From: an uncultured Gammaproteobacteria bacterium
GTDB taxonomy: Bacteria; Pseudomonadota; Gammaproteobacteria; JASBUN01
Direction: 5' to 3'
DNA: 64,000 bases
NCBI GenBank assembly: GCA_963849825.1
Contig: CAWKIK010000003.1
Location: forward strand, 179,700-243,699
The translations under genes were made by a program, and so were the position numbers. The notes under the pieces were generated by a model, which was not told where the DNA came from, did no database searches, and saw only the letters and a list, made by a program, of their open reading frames with translations. Numbering within the stretch: position 1 is the first letter of the stretch; each line of letters starts with the position of its first letter. Below are positions 8,479 to 18,536 of the stretch, piece after piece.

Positions 8479-9346
8479 GGACCTGTTGGCCTCCGTTTGC
8501 ACCGATCCCGAATTCCAGGCGCATGGCTTCTTGCAAACTGCGTGGTCGACGTCCGAGCAGCGCAGCAAGGTAGCGCGAATCCATATCGATCACTCGGGGC
8601 CGGGCTCGGTAAAAGTCTTCTCCTGGATCGCGCACCGTAAACCGCAAGGCTGGCGCACATAGAGCTTGAAAGGACTTGGCGATGTCGGCGCGCGAGTAAA
8701 GATTTTCTCCGCCGACATTGACCCAAGGCGCGTCGATCGTGAGCCAGCGTTCGAAGACCGCAAACACGGCATCGACTACGTCATCGATATGCACCACGCG
8801 TCGGTCCAGTGGAACAAACACGTCGGCCTCTTCGCCCCGCTCGGCGCATTGCGCCAAAAGGGAGGTAAAGCGATCGTCCCGAGAAAACACGTAAGACAAG
8901 CGCAATGCCTTGAACCGCTCGCGACGTTGAAACTGCGCTTCAACCTCCCGTTTCATGTGCGCGTACTCGCCCACCGGCTGCGGCGATGTCCATTCGTCGC
9001 ACACCTCCGAGCGTTCGCCGTACACCGTATCGCTAGATGCGAACAACACCCGCGCGCCGCGTGCCAACGCCCCTTCGATGAACGCCATGGTGCCGTCCAC
9101 ATTCACCGAGCGGCAGTGCTGAGGGTCTTTACGACACTGATCCGGGGCCGAAATCGCGGCCAGCAACACGACGCGGGAATCATCGTCCAGTTGTGCATAA
9201 TCGAACGCCTCAGGGCGTGCCAGATCCAAAAGCAGGTCGCCGTCCCTGGGGTGGGAAGACGTAAATCTGACGGCGATTTGCCGGTGGGCGGCCGCGGCGG
9301 CAAGCCGGCGCGCAATGCAACCGTTCTTGCCGATGATCACCAACAT
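8468..9346 (-). CDS. NAD(P)-dependent sugar-nucleotide reductase/epimerase (extended SDR; Rmd/DmhB/RmlD-like)
   Basis: N-terminal MLVIIGKNGCIARRL Rossmann motif, ~290 aa. First gene of the heptose operon directly downstream of flgL. Confidence 0.7.
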   Translation of the reverse strand: MLVIIGKNGCIARRLAAAAAHRQIAVRFTSSHPRDGDLLLDLARPEAFDYAQLDDDSRVVLLAAISAPDQCRKDPQHCRSVNVDGTMAFIEGALARGARVLFASSDTVYGERSEVCDEWTSPQPVGEYAHMKREVEAQFQRRERFKALRLSYVFSRDDRFTSLLAQCAERGEEADVFVPLDRRVVHIDDVVDAVFAVFERWLTIDAPWVNVGGENLYSRADIAKSFQALCAPALRFTVRDPGEDFYRARPRVIDMDSRYLAALLGRRPRSLQEAMRLEFGIGANGGQQVHDF

Positions 9347-9515
9347 CTCTTGGAATCACTCATATGCTTTATTTTTCCGTCACTTAAAAGCGTTCCCGAA
9401 CGGTTGCCAGCGACCCGTGGAACAGAGCAGAGCCGCGCCGCCGTCCTTACCGACATGCGAAGCAATTGGCGTGCCATGGAATACATCACCGACGGCTAGG
9501 GCACCGCCGCCGCGC

Positions 9516-10409
9516 TTAGAGAAAGTTGAACAGCGACAAACCCTGCACTTTCACGTAACTCTGTTGCGCTGCCTGCAAGCCGGTCATCTGCAGATTCAAG
9601 TCGCTGATCGCCTTTGCGTAGTCCAAGTCCTGCAGAGACGAGCGTGTCTGTTCGAACTGCAGTATCGCGGAATCGTTGACGCCGCGCTGCGTGTCGATTG
9701 CGTTGAGCCGCGAGCCTATGCGCGATTGCGCATTGACGATATTGTTCATGGCGGCATCGATATCGTTCAGGCGTGTCGCGTCCGGCGCGTTGCTATCGAG
9801 TTCGCCGGCCATGTCGTAGAGCATCTTGAACACATCGTCGGCGGTGCCCGGAATGTTCATGAATACGCCGTCGCCGGCATCGCCCACTGCCACATGGCGG
9901 GTAGGTCCGACCTGCAGGGTGCGCTGCCCCTGGTCGCCGTTGTAGGCGTAGGTCCCGGCGCCGTTATCGGTAATCGGCTGCGTGCCGGTCTTGAAACCAG
10001 AGAACAAATACTCGCCGTTGGCGTCCTTGGTATTGGCCAAGCTCACCATCGTATCGAGCACTTGGTGCACTTCGGTGGCGGCGGCTTTGCGCGAATCGGC
10101 GCTTTGCGAACCGTTGGCCGCTTGCACCATTAGCTCCCGGGCCCGCTGCAGCAAATCGACCATGCTGCCCAAAGTGCCTTCCTCCACTTGCAGGCGGCTC
10201 TCGGCAGCGTCTGCGTTGCGTTGAAATTGCTTCGTGGTATCGATGACTTTGGCCAGATCGAGCACACTTGCGGCCGCGGCCGGATCGTCCGATGGCGATT
10301 GAATTCGACGCCCCGTGGAGAGCTGCATTTGCGTGCGCGCGGTGCGACTTTGCTGTTCGATGATGGCGTTGATGGCCTGCTGTTGCACGAGATTGGTGGA
10401 CACGCGCAT
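9516..10409 (-). CDS. flgL: Flagellar hook-associated protein 3 FlgL
   Basis: MRVSTNLVQQQAINAI N-terminus and flagellin-like N/C helical termini. Position after flgK. Confidence 0.9.
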   Translation of the reverse strand: MRVSTNLVQQQAINAIIEQQSRTARTQMQLSTGRRIQSPSDDPAAAASVLDLAKVIDTTKQFQRNADAAESRLQVEEGTLGSMVDLLQRARELMVQAANGSQSADSRKAAATEVHQVLDTMVSLANTKDANGEYLFSGFKTGTQPITDNGAGTYAYNGDQGQRTLQVGPTRHVAVGDAGDGVFMNIPGTADDVFKMLYDMAGELDSNAPDATRLNDIDAAMNNIVNAQSRIGSRLNAIDTQRGVNDSAILQFEQTRSSLQDLDYAKAISDLNLQMTGLQAAQQSYVKVQGLSLFNFL

Positions 10410-10412
10410 GAC

Positions 10413-12338
10413 TTACCTCCCCACCGCAGCGAGCACGGATTGGAACAATGTGTTGGCAACGCTGATGGCCTGGGCCGATGCTTGATAGGCTTGCTGGAAT
10501 CGCACCAGATTGGCGGCCTCTTCGTCCAGATTGACGCCCGACACCGCCTCCCGCGCCGCTACCGCCTGATCCAGCAACTGCGACTGCGCTTTGCCGGCAA
10601 GCTCCGCCTGACGAGTGCGGGAACCCACATCTCCGACCATGCCGCCATAGGCGTCCACCAGGGTCGTGCGCCCGCTGTCGAGCGCGCCTTGGTCCGGCAC
10701 TCCGGCAAGCAATACCGCATTGCGGTTATCACCGACGCCGCCCGTGTTGGCCGCCACGGTGAATACATCGCCGGCAGCCGGAGTGCCTTTGAGCTGCATG
10801 GTCCAACCGTTGTACGTGATGTCGGCACCCGAGGTGTAACTCACGCCGCTCGCCAACGTGCTGCCGGTGGTCACGTCGTACACATCGAATGTGGTCGCGG
10901 GACTGTTGAATGTGATGGTGACCGTATCCTTGAGGTTCGCATTGACCGGTGACGGCGGATTCACACTGCCCGCGCTGATCGAGCCGGTACCGGTGTTGGC
11001 GCCAGCTGCGCTGGTCGCAATCGGTGCCGCGGCGGCGATATCGTTGGTGTGACTGATGGCCATGCCGATGCTTTGCGCGCCGGCGCGGGTCGGGCGCACC
11101 AGGAAACGATCGCCATCGTTCATGGTGCCTGCAACGCTGAACTGAAGACCGTCCACGGTCACTGCGCTACCGGGAAACCCGGCGGCGCCGATATCGGTAG
11201 TGCTGCCGTCGGTGAGACGGGTGAGCGTGTAATTGCTGCCGCTACGCGAAATCTGATAATTGCTGGTAGTGAGCTTGCTGATATCGGTGATTGTCGCCGA
11301 CACCGCCCCACTGCCTGTATTGTTGCTGTTGGTCAATACTTCCGGAGTTGCGATTTTGAAGAAATCGCCGCCGATGTTGCCGTTGAGATCCTGCCCGAGT
11401 TTGTGTTGATCATTGAATGTGGCACCGAGGGCGATGGCCACCCGGCCCAGATCGTTCATCGCCGGATCGAGAATGTTGTCGCGAAAATCCAGCGTACCGC
11501 CCAGTTCGCCCCCGTTGAGTTGCGAAGTAATGTTGGTGCTGTTACCGCTGGAATCGATATACGCAACCTGCTTGCGGCTCGGATCGTAGGGATCATTGAC
11601 GGCTGCCAGCTTCTGGGCCGAGCTGCCGACCACCAGGCTTTGGCCGTTGCCGATGAAGACATTCACCGAACCGTCGTCCTGCTTGACGGTCGAAAGCGAT
11701 ACCTTTTCCGCCAATTCGTTGAGCAACTGGTCGCGGCGGTCGAGCAGATCGCCCGACACTTGACCGTTCGGCCCCTTGGGTGAGTTGATGATGTCACTAT
11801 TGACGTCGGCGATCGACTGGGCCAGGGAATTGATGTCGCGCACCTGGCCGTCGATGCGGGTGTTGACGCCGTTGCGCAAATCGTCGAGGCGACTGAACAA
11901 ATCATTGAACCGCGACGTCATGGACTGGCCTTCGCTCAGCACCACTTGGCGCGCCGCGGTCGAGGTCGGGTCCGAAGCCAGGTCCTGCACGGCGTTGAAG
12001 AAATTCTGCATCACGGGGGTGATGCCGGTTTCCGGATCGGCCAGCATATTGTCGATCTGCACCGCGAGATCATAGGTAGCGTTGCTCTGGCTCGACAGCG
12101 AAGTCGTGCTGCGCACCTGCGAACCCAGGAATTCGTCGTACACGCGGCGCACGCTTTGCACATCGACACCGCTGCCGACGTAATTGCCGCCCAGATACTG
12201 CGGCGAGGCGGCACTGAGTTCCACACGCTGGCGGCTGTAGCCAGGCGTATTGACGTTGGTGATGTTGTGGCTGGTGGTATTGAGCGCGCGCTGATAGGCG
12301 AGCAGTCCCGAGACCGCCGTGCCCAGCAAGTCAGCCAT
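10413..12338 (-). CDS. flgK: Flagellar hook-associated protein 1 FlgK
   Basis: MADLLGTAVSGLLAYQRALNTTSHNITNVNTPGYSRQ. Start at ATG 12338 with GGGAGG SD; ORF-track start 12374 over-extends. Confidence 0.9.
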   Translation of the reverse strand: MADLLGTAVSGLLAYQRALNTTSHNITNVNTPGYSRQRVELSAASPQYLGGNYVGSGVDVQSVRRVYDEFLGSQVRSTTSLSSQSNATYDLAVQIDNMLADPETGITPVMQNFFNAVQDLASDPTSTAARQVVLSEGQSMTSRFNDLFSRLDDLRNGVNTRIDGQVRDINSLAQSIADVNSDIINSPKGPNGQVSGDLLDRRDQLLNELAEKVSLSTVKQDDGSVNVFIGNGQSLVVGSSAQKLAAVNDPYDPSRKQVAYIDSSGNSTNITSQLNGGELGGTLDFRDNILDPAMNDLGRVAIALGATFNDQHKLGQDLNGNIGGDFFKIATPEVLTNSNNTGSGAVSATITDISKLTTSNYQISRSGSNYTLTRLTDGSTTDIGAAGFPGSAVTVDGLQFSVAGTMNDGDRFLVRPTRAGAQSIGMAISHTNDIAAAAPIATSAAGANTGTGSISAGSVNPPSPVNANLKDTVTITFNSPATTFDVYDVTTGSTLASGVSYTSGADITYNGWTMQLKGTPAAGDVFTVAANTGGVGDNRNAVLLAGVPDQGALDSGRTTLVDAYGGMVGDVGSRTRQAELAGKAQSQLLDQAVAAREAVSGVNLDEEAANLVRFQQAYQASAQAISVANTLFQSVLAAVGR

Positions 12339-12419
12339 GGCGCACCTCCCCTGCTCCGACAGCGTCGGACGCACCAGCGCCGCGCACAGCGCGGCTCAAC
12401 CCTTTAACGGCCGACGGCA

Positions 12420-13391
12420 TCATAGATTGAGCGCTCCGAGCGCGTCCCGAAGCGTATCGCCGTCGAGAATATTTTTGATTTTGCTGGCATAACCGGGGTC
12501 CGTCGCATAGCCTGCCCGCTGCAATCCGTCGACAAAGCCATGGGCGTCGCTGGCGCCGACGGCGTTCTGGTAACGCGGGTTGGTTTTCAGAAACCGCACA
12601 TAGTCGTCGAAGCTCTCTCCCAGCGATGGATAGGCGCGGAAAGCCGCGCGTTCCTGGGCCATGACGCCGCCGCGGAACTCCAAGGTCTGTGCCGCCACCT
12701 TGTCGCCATTCCAACTGTCGTCGGCTTTGATCCCGAACAGATTGTTGGAGCTGACGCCGTCGGCGCGCGGCAGAATGTGCTGTCCCCAGCCGGTCTCCAG
12801 CGCCGCCTGGGCAACCAAAACTTCCGGCGCGATCCCCAGCGCGGCCGCGGCGGTCTTGGCGTGATCCCAGATGGCTTGTACGAACTGCAGCGGCTGGTCG
12901 AACCACCGCTTCGCGTCGGCGTCGCTTGCGCTTGCCGCGTTGGCCTTCGGGTCTGCCAGCGCCACCAGCGGTTGCGTGCTGTCGACACCCAACAGCGACT
13001 TGGCGGCCGCGTCGGTCGTACGCAGCAAGGTCGCCGCCAAACTGCCGGTGACATTCTCTTTTGCAGATGCATCGGAGTTGCCTGCGTCGGGCAGATTGCT
13101 GCCCAGTTGCCGCACCATGGCGTCGGCGATGCCAAGGCCACCCTTCTCCGCCAGACTCAGCGATATCTGGCTGTCGAACATGTCGCGGTACATGCCGCTT
13201 TGTTCACTGTCGAACAAGCCGTCGCCCATGCTCGCTTCGCGCATGCTTTTGAGCACCATTTGCATGAAGATGGCTTCGAATTGCTTGGCTACCGCCTGCA
13301 GGCTGCCTTTCGGATCCTGTTTCGCGTCACGCCGCAGCGCGGCCAGACCGTTGAAGTCGGTGTAGACAGCAGTTTGTGGGTCGTTCGCCAT
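12420..13391 (-). CDS. flgJ: Flagellar rod assembly protein / peptidoglycan hydrolase FlgJ
   Basis: N-terminal rod-binding motif AVAKQFEAIFMQMVLKSMREA plus C-terminal glucosaminidase motif AQAALETGWGQ...NNLFGIKA. The ORF-track N-terminal 105 aa is read-through of a tandem repeat and is not FlgJ. Start placed at ATG 13391 (or 13409). Confidence 0.85.
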   Translation of the reverse strand: MANDPQTAVYTDFNGLAALRRDAKQDPKGSLQAVAKQFEAIFMQMVLKSMREASMGDGLFDSEQSGMYRDMFDSQISLSLAEKGGLGIADAMVRQLGSNLPDAGNSDASAKENVTGSLAATLLRTTDAAAKSLLGVDSTQPLVALADPKANAASASDADAKRWFDQPLQFVQAIWDHAKTAAAALGIAPEVLVAQAALETGWGQHILPRADGVSSNNLFGIKADDSWNGDKVAAQTLEFRGGVMAQERAAFRAYPSLGESFDDYVRFLKTNPRYQNAVGASDAHGFVDGLQRAGYATDPGYASKIKNILDGDTLRDALGALNL

Positions 13392-13427
13392 ATCGCTTCC
13401 CGTTATCATTGCGCCTTGTCGGTGCAG

Positions 13428-13700
13428 GCCGCGTCGGGTCCGCGCTGCGCGCTTGACCCGACCTACGTGTTTGATCCGGCTTGCGTGCCGATCCTTGGCT
13501 TCGCCGCGTCGGGTCCGCGTTGCGCGCTTGACCCGACCTACGTGTTTGATCCGGCTTGCGTGCCGGTCCTTGGCTTCGCCGCGTCGGGTCCGCGCTGCGC
13601 GCTTGATCCGACCTACGCGTTTGATCCGGCTTGCGTGCCGGTCCTTGGCTTCGCCGCGTCGGGTCCGCGCGGCGCGCTTGACCCGACCTACATGTTTGAC
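13428..13700. repeat. Tandem repeat, 75-bp unit x ~3.6 copies, each unit containing an 8-bp-stem hairpin (GTCGGGTC...GACCCGAC). Lies in the flgI-flgJ intercistronic spacer.
   Basis: Units start at 13428, 13503, 13578 and 13653 with >90% identity. The unit length (25 codons) keeps an open frame, which caused the spurious FlgJ N-terminal extension. Confidence 0.9.
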
Positions 13701-13734
13701 CCGCCTCCGGGCCTGCAGGGCTGGACGCAACCGT

Positions 13735-14880
13735 TCAAATCACAATCAGTTCCGCGCGCAACGCACCCGCTTCTTTCAGTGCTTCGAGAATCGCCACCAG
13801 ATCACCGGGAGCTGCGCCGACCCGATTCACCGCGCGTACGATTTCATCCAGTTCCACACCCGGGTTGAACAGGAACATGCGTTTGGCTTCCTGAGTGATC
13901 TGGACGTCCGATTGCGGCACTACAGCGGTTTGGCCGCCGGACAACGGCGCCGGTTGGCTGACCACAGGACGCTCGGTAATGGTGACAGTGAGACTGCCGT
14001 GGCTGACTGCGGCCGGTTGCACGCGCACGTGACTGCCGATCACCACAGTACCCGTTCGCGAATTGACCACGATGCGGGCCGGCGCGTCGCCCGGTTCGAC
14101 GTCGATATTTTCGAGCAGGGAAACAAATGCCACGCGCTGGCCGGGATCGCGGGGCGCGCTCACTTGCACCGATGTCGCATCCAAGGGTCGTGCACTGCCG
14201 GCGCCGACGGTGCGATTGATTGCAGTCGAGACGCGGTTGGCAGTGGTGAAATCCGAGTCGTTGAGATTGAGAACAATGTAATCCCCGCGATCGAACGGAT
14301 TTTCCACTGCACGTTCCACGGTAGCGCCGTTCGGGATCCGCCCGGCGCTGGGAATGTTGACCGTGACTTTCGAGCCGTCATTACCTGAAGCGCCGAAGCC
14401 GCCGACGATCAGGTTGCCCTGGGCGATGGCATAGATGCGGCCGTCGGCACCTTTGAGCGGCGACATCAACAAACTGCCGCCGCGCAGGCTCTTGGCGTTG
14501 CCCAACGAGGAAACCGTGACATCGATGGTCTGGCCCTGCTTGGCGAAGGGCGGCAATTCGGCGTGGATGGCGACCGCAGCGACGTTCTTCAACTGCGGTT
14601 TGACGTTGTCTGGCACCACAATGCCGTAGCGCGCCAACATGGCCTTCAAGCTCTGCACCGTGAACGGGGTCTGGGAAGTCTGGTCGCCGGAACCGTCCAA
14701 ACCGACCACCAAACCGTATCCCACCAGTTGATTGACCCGCACGCCGGCTACCGACGCCAGGTCTTTGACCCGCTCGCCGTAGGACAAGGTGCTGTAGAAC
14801 AACGAAGCGCACATCAGCACCGCGCTTATCAACGTAGCGCTCAGCAGTAGCAGACCCCGGCCTTCGACTCGTTCAGACAT
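13735..14880 (-). CDS. flgI: Flagellar P-ring protein FlgI
   Basis: Signal peptide then [31 protein letters not shown]. Start at ATG 14880 with GAGGGGG SD; ORF-track start 15045 is an over-extension into flgH. Confidence 0.9.
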   Translation of the reverse strand: MSERVEGRGLLLLSATLISAVLMCASLFYSTLSYGERVKDLASVAGVRVNQLVGYGLVVGLDGSGDQTSQTPFTVQSLKAMLARYGIVVPDNVKPQLKNVAAVAIHAELPPFAKQGQTIDVTVSSLGNAKSLRGGSLLMSPLKGADGRIYAIAQGNLIVGGFGASGNDGSKVTVNIPSAGRIPNGATVERAVENPFDRGDYIVLNLNDSDFTTANRVSTAINRTVGAGSARPLDATSVQVSAPRDPGQRVAFVSLLENIDVEPGDAPARIVVNSRTGTVVIGSHVRVQPAAVSHGSLTVTITERPVVSQPAPLSGGQTAVVPQSDVQITQEAKRMFLFNPGVELDEIVRAVNRVGAAPGDLVAILEALKEAGALRAELIVI

Positions 14881-14890
14881 GGCGACCCCC

Positions 14891-15601
14891 TCAGAAAGGC
14901 CAGATGGGACTATTGAAGAAGCGCGACAACCAGCCCTGAGCACCGGAATCGGCGACCGCCCCGCGCCCGCTGTAGGTGATACGCGCATCCGCCACGCGTG
15001 TGGACAGCACCGTATTGTCGGAACTGATGTCCACCGAACGCACAATGCCGCTCACGCGCACGTATTCCTCACCCTGATTCAGCAACACCCGCTTTTGTCC
15101 CCGCACCAGCAAATTCCCGTTGGGATAGACCTCGGCCACCGTGACCGTCACCGTACCGGTCAAGCTGTTGCTCTGGCTGCTGTCGCCGCTGCCGGCGAAA
15201 TCCCGGGTCATGCCGATTTCGTTATTGAAGATTCCTTTGCCTTTCATGGTGCCGAACACCGTGGGCACGTCGGCGGCGACGCTGCTCTCCTTGCTAGTAT
15301 TGGTGGTGGCGGACTTCGATGCGTTGGTCGATTCGGTCAACACGATGGTGATCAAATCGCCGACATTGTGGGCCTTGACGTCCTCGAACAGCAGTCGCGC
15401 CGAACCTTCCTGGAAGATCGAACCGCTGGCGGCCCGTTCCTTGTCATAAGAGCGGGGAATCACCGGCGCATACTCGGCGCTGTCCTTTTCCGGCAAGGCG
15501 GAACAACCGGACAGCAGCATGAACGCCAACAGCGCCAGCGCTGTGGTCAGCAGCATGCACAAACCCCGGTTGCTCATAATCTTTGGAACCTCGCGCGTCA
15601 T
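14891..15601 (-). CDS. flgH: Flagellar L-ring lipoprotein FlgH
   Basis: Lipobox LLSGCS and a conserved FlgH body. The start may be the internal ATG at 15577. Confidence 0.88.
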   Translation of the reverse strand: MTREVPKIMSNRGLCMLLTTALALLAFMLLSGCSALPEKDSAEYAPVIPRSYDKERAASGSIFQEGSARLLFEDVKAHNVGDLITIVLTESTNASKSATTNTSKESSVAADVPTVFGTMKGKGIFNNEIGMTRDFAGSGDSSQSNSLTGTVTVTVAEVYPNGNLLVRGQKRVLLNQGEEYVRVSGIVRSVDISSDNTVLSTRVADARITYSGRGAVADSGAQGWLSRFFNSPIWPF

Positions 15602-15656
15602 AAATCTGACTACTATCCCGTAGCTATGCCAGAACCGTGCCAGAGACTTGAAAACA

Positions 15657-16442
15657 TTACAGAGACTGAGACGCGTACTGGAGCATATTGTCGGTGGTGG
15701 AAATGGCCTTGGAATTCATTTCATAGGCGCGCTGGGTTTCGATCATGTTCACCAGCTCCTCGACCACGTTGACGTTGGAGCTCTCGAGAAAACCTTGGGA
15801 CAGCGTGCCCAGGCCGTTCAGACCCGGCGTGCCGGCTTGCGGCGAGCCACTGGCGGCGGTTTCCTGGAACAGGTTCTGACCCTCAGGCATCAAGCCGGCG
15901 GGATTGATGAAATCGACCAGTTGGATGTTGCCTACCTGGGTCGGCGTCGCGCTGCCGGCCACCGCGACACTCACCGTGCCGTCGGAACCCACCGTAACGG
16001 ACTGGGCGTTGGCCGGGATGGATACCGAAGGCTGCAAGGCATAGCCGTTAGCGGTCACCAACTGCCCCTGATCGTCGACCTTGAACGAACCGTCGCGGGT
16101 GTACGCGACATTGCCATCGGGCTTGAGAATTTGCAGGAAACCGCGGCCCTGGATGGCCACGTCGAGGGAATTGTCGGTCTGCACCACATTGCCCTGGGAA
16201 AACATTTTCTCGGTGGCTACCGTGCGCACGCCGGTACCGAGCGCCAAACCCGAGGGCAGACGTGTGTCTTGGGACGATTGGGCACCCACCTGACGGACGT
16301 TCTGATACAGCAAGTCCTCGAACACGGCGCGGCTGCGCTTGAAGCCGGTGGTATTGACGTTGGCCAGGTTATTGGAAATCACCGCCATGCGTTGTTGTTG
16401 GGCGTCGACACCGGTCTTGGCGATCCACAGAGCTGAGTTCAT
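15657..16442 (-). CDS. flgG: Flagellar distal rod protein FlgG
   Basis: [35 protein letters not shown], 261 aa, conserved C-terminus. Confidence 0.92.
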   Translation of the reverse strand: MNSALWIAKTGVDAQQQRMAVISNNLANVNTTGFKRSRAVFEDLLYQNVRQVGAQSSQDTRLPSGLALGTGVRTVATEKMFSQGNVVQTDNSLDVAIQGRGFLQILKPDGNVAYTRDGSFKVDDQGQLVTANGYALQPSVSIPANAQSVTVGSDGTVSVAVAGSATPTQVGNIQLVDFINPAGLMPEGQNLFQETAASGSPQAGTPGLNGLGTLSQGFLESSNVNVVEELVNMIETQRAYEMNSKAISTTDNMLQYASQSL

Positions 16443-16495
16443 GGTCGTTGTCCTTTGGTTCTGATGTTCGGTTGCGTTGTGTGCGGCGTGCGCGC

Positions 16496-17236
16496 TTAGG
16501 CGACGCGCAGAATTTCCGATGCCTTTTCGGCGTTGTCGCGATCGGTGGACATCATCTTGATCTGCATTTCGTACTGCCTGGCCATGTCGATCATGGAAAC
16601 CATCTGCTCGACCGCGTTTACGTTGCTGGACTCGAGTTCACCCGAAACCACGGTGACCTGGGCATCCGCCGGCGGCGTGCTTCCGTCGCTGGTACGCAAT
16701 AAGCCCTGGGCATCCTTTGCAAGCAGCTTCGGATCCGGGTTGACGAGTTTGATGCGGTCCACCACCGCCAGGGTCGAAGCCTGCTGTCCCACCGGGAGGA
16801 TGGAGATGGTGCCATCGGCGCCGATGTCGATTTTCTCCGCCGGGGGAATGGCGATCGGACCGCCGTTGCCAAGCACCGGCAGGCCGTTGGCCGTGGTCAG
16901 CAAACCGGCAGAATTGATTTTCAAATTGCCGGCACGGGTATAACCTTCGCCGCCATCCGGCGCTTGCACAGCAACGAAGCCGCGATCACGAATCGCGACA
17001 TCCAGTTCGCGGCCGGTAGTCACGGTCTCGCCCTCGCTTTGATCTACGCCGGTGCCTTGTGCCTGGGCGTACACCCGCGACGGCAACCCTTGGCCATACA
17101 CCGGCAATGCGCGCATCGCTGCCAGGTCGGCGCGAAAGCCGGTGGTATTGATGTTGGCAAGGTTGTTGGCGGTCATGGCCTGGGAGTCCATGGTCTGGCG
17201 GGCTCCGGACATGGCGATATAGAGCAGACGGTCCAT
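16496..17236 (-). CDS. flgF: Flagellar proximal rod protein FlgF
   Basis: [35 protein letters not shown], 246 aa. Confidence 0.9.
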   Translation of the reverse strand: MDRLLYIAMSGARQTMDSQAMTANNLANINTTGFRADLAAMRALPVYGQGLPSRVYAQAQGTGVDQSEGETVTTGRELDVAIRDRGFVAVQAPDGGEGYTRAGNLKINSAGLLTTANGLPVLGNGGPIAIPPAEKIDIGADGTISILPVGQQASTLAVVDRIKLVNPDPKLLAKDAQGLLRTSDGSTPPADAQVTVVSGELESSNVNAVEQMVSMIDMARQYEMQIKMMSTDRDNAEKASEILRVA

Positions 17237-17255
17237 GATGCGGCCTCGTTATCCG

Positions 17256-18512
17256 TTAACGGATGTTGATGATGGTCTGGGTAACGGTGTCGGCAGTGGT
17301 GATCACCTGGGCATTGGCCTGGAAGTTGCGCTGCGCGGTGATCATGCCTACCAATTGTTCGGTCAGATCGACGTTGGAGCCTTCCAGCGCACCTGACTGC
17401 ACCAAGCCCAAACTACCGGTGCCGGGACCGCCCACCAAGGCAGCGCCCGACTCGTAGGTTTCGGCCCATGCGGTATCGCCGATCTGACGCAGACCCTGGG
17501 GATTGGAAAAATTCGCCAATGCCACCTGCGCCAAGGTCGAGGACTGGCCGTTGGTGTAACGGGCCGTCACGATGCCGGTCTCGCCGATGTCCACACCGGA
17601 CAAGCGGCCCGTGCTGAAGCCATCCTGGTTCAGGCTGTTGACCGAGAAGTTACTACCGAACTGCGCGGTATTGCCCAAGCCCACGTCGATGGTAAAAGCC
17701 GAAGCGCCGCCCGACGCCGCGATGGTGCCGCTGGCAACGCTCGCAGTACTGGTCAGGGAGCCGGAAGCGTCGAAGTTGACCGTACGAGCTGCACCGGAGC
17801 CGGTGGCGTTCACCTGGGTACCGTCCACCGACATGTACATGTTCCACTCCGAAGTGCTGCCCGCAGGAGCGCCGCCGGACACCGATGGCTGCTTGACGAA
17901 GTACATGGTGGTCAGGCGCGGATTGCCCAGGCTGTCGTAAGCGGTGAAAGTAGTCGAGTTGTGATAGGTGCTGGGATCGGTCATGTCGAACGGCACAGCA
18001 GTCGAGTCGATCGGCGTCACGCGCGAGTCCAGATTCGCCGACACATCGACACCTGTGGTTTGATTCGGCGGCAGATCGGCGGTAGACAACTGCAGATCGC
18101 CCAGCGCGCCGGTGATGTTGCCGCTGGCGTCGGCGGCATAGCCGGTCAGGCGCTGGGCCTGGCTGTTGACGATGTAACCGTCGCGATCGACGCCGAAGGC
18201 GCCGGCGCGGCTATAAACGTTGACGCCGTTGTCGCTCAAGCGGAAGAAACCGGAACCGCTGATGGCCAGATCCAGGTTGTTGTCGGTGAAGCTGACGTTG
18301 CCCTGGTTGAATTGCTGGCTCACGGAAGACACTTTAACGCCGCTACCGATGGCATTGGCGGTGACGCCGAGATTGGTGGTGGCGTAGATATCGGCGAATT
18401 CCGCACGCGACTTCTTGAAACCGGTGGTACTCGCGTTGGCGACATTGTTGCCGATCACGCGCAGTTCCGATGACGCTGCATTCAGACCGCTCAGTGCAAT
18501 ACGAAATGGCAT
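17256..18512 (-). CDS. flgE: Flagellar hook protein FlgE
   Basis: MPFRIALSGLNAASSELRVIGNNVANASTTGFK, 418 aa, hook-type central domain. Confidence 0.92.
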   Translation of the reverse strand: MPFRIALSGLNAASSELRVIGNNVANASTTGFKKSRAEFADIYATTNLGVTANAIGSGVKVSSVSQQFNQGNVSFTDNNLDLAISGSGFFRLSDNGVNVYSRAGAFGVDRDGYIVNSQAQRLTGYAADASGNITGALGDLQLSTADLPPNQTTGVDVSANLDSRVTPIDSTAVPFDMTDPSTYHNSTTFTAYDSLGNPRLTTMYFVKQPSVSGGAPAGSTSEWNMYMSVDGTQVNATGSGAARTVNFDASGSLTSTASVASGTIAASGGASAFTIDVGLGNTAQFGSNFSVNSLNQDGFSTGRLSGVDIGETGIVTARYTNGQSSTLAQVALANFSNPQGLRQIGDTAWAETYESGAALVGGPGTGSLGLVQSGALEGSNVDLTEQLVGMITAQRNFQANAQVITTADTVTQTIINIR

Positions 18513-18536
18513 GGCTGTGTTCTCCTAAAAGGACTC

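Noticed and set aside
13392-13730. 105-aa Arg/Lys-rich N-terminal extension of FlgJ in ORF 12420-13730
   Set aside because: Translation of the 75-bp tandem repeat. FlgJ homology begins at MANDPQ/MITGS with its own SD-like sequence. Treated as a non-coding repeat unless proteomics shows otherwise.
14881-15045. 5' extension of flgI into flgH (ORF start 15045)
   Set aside because: No FlgI homology before the signal peptide. An internal ATG at 14880 has a strong SD and removes the overlap with flgH.
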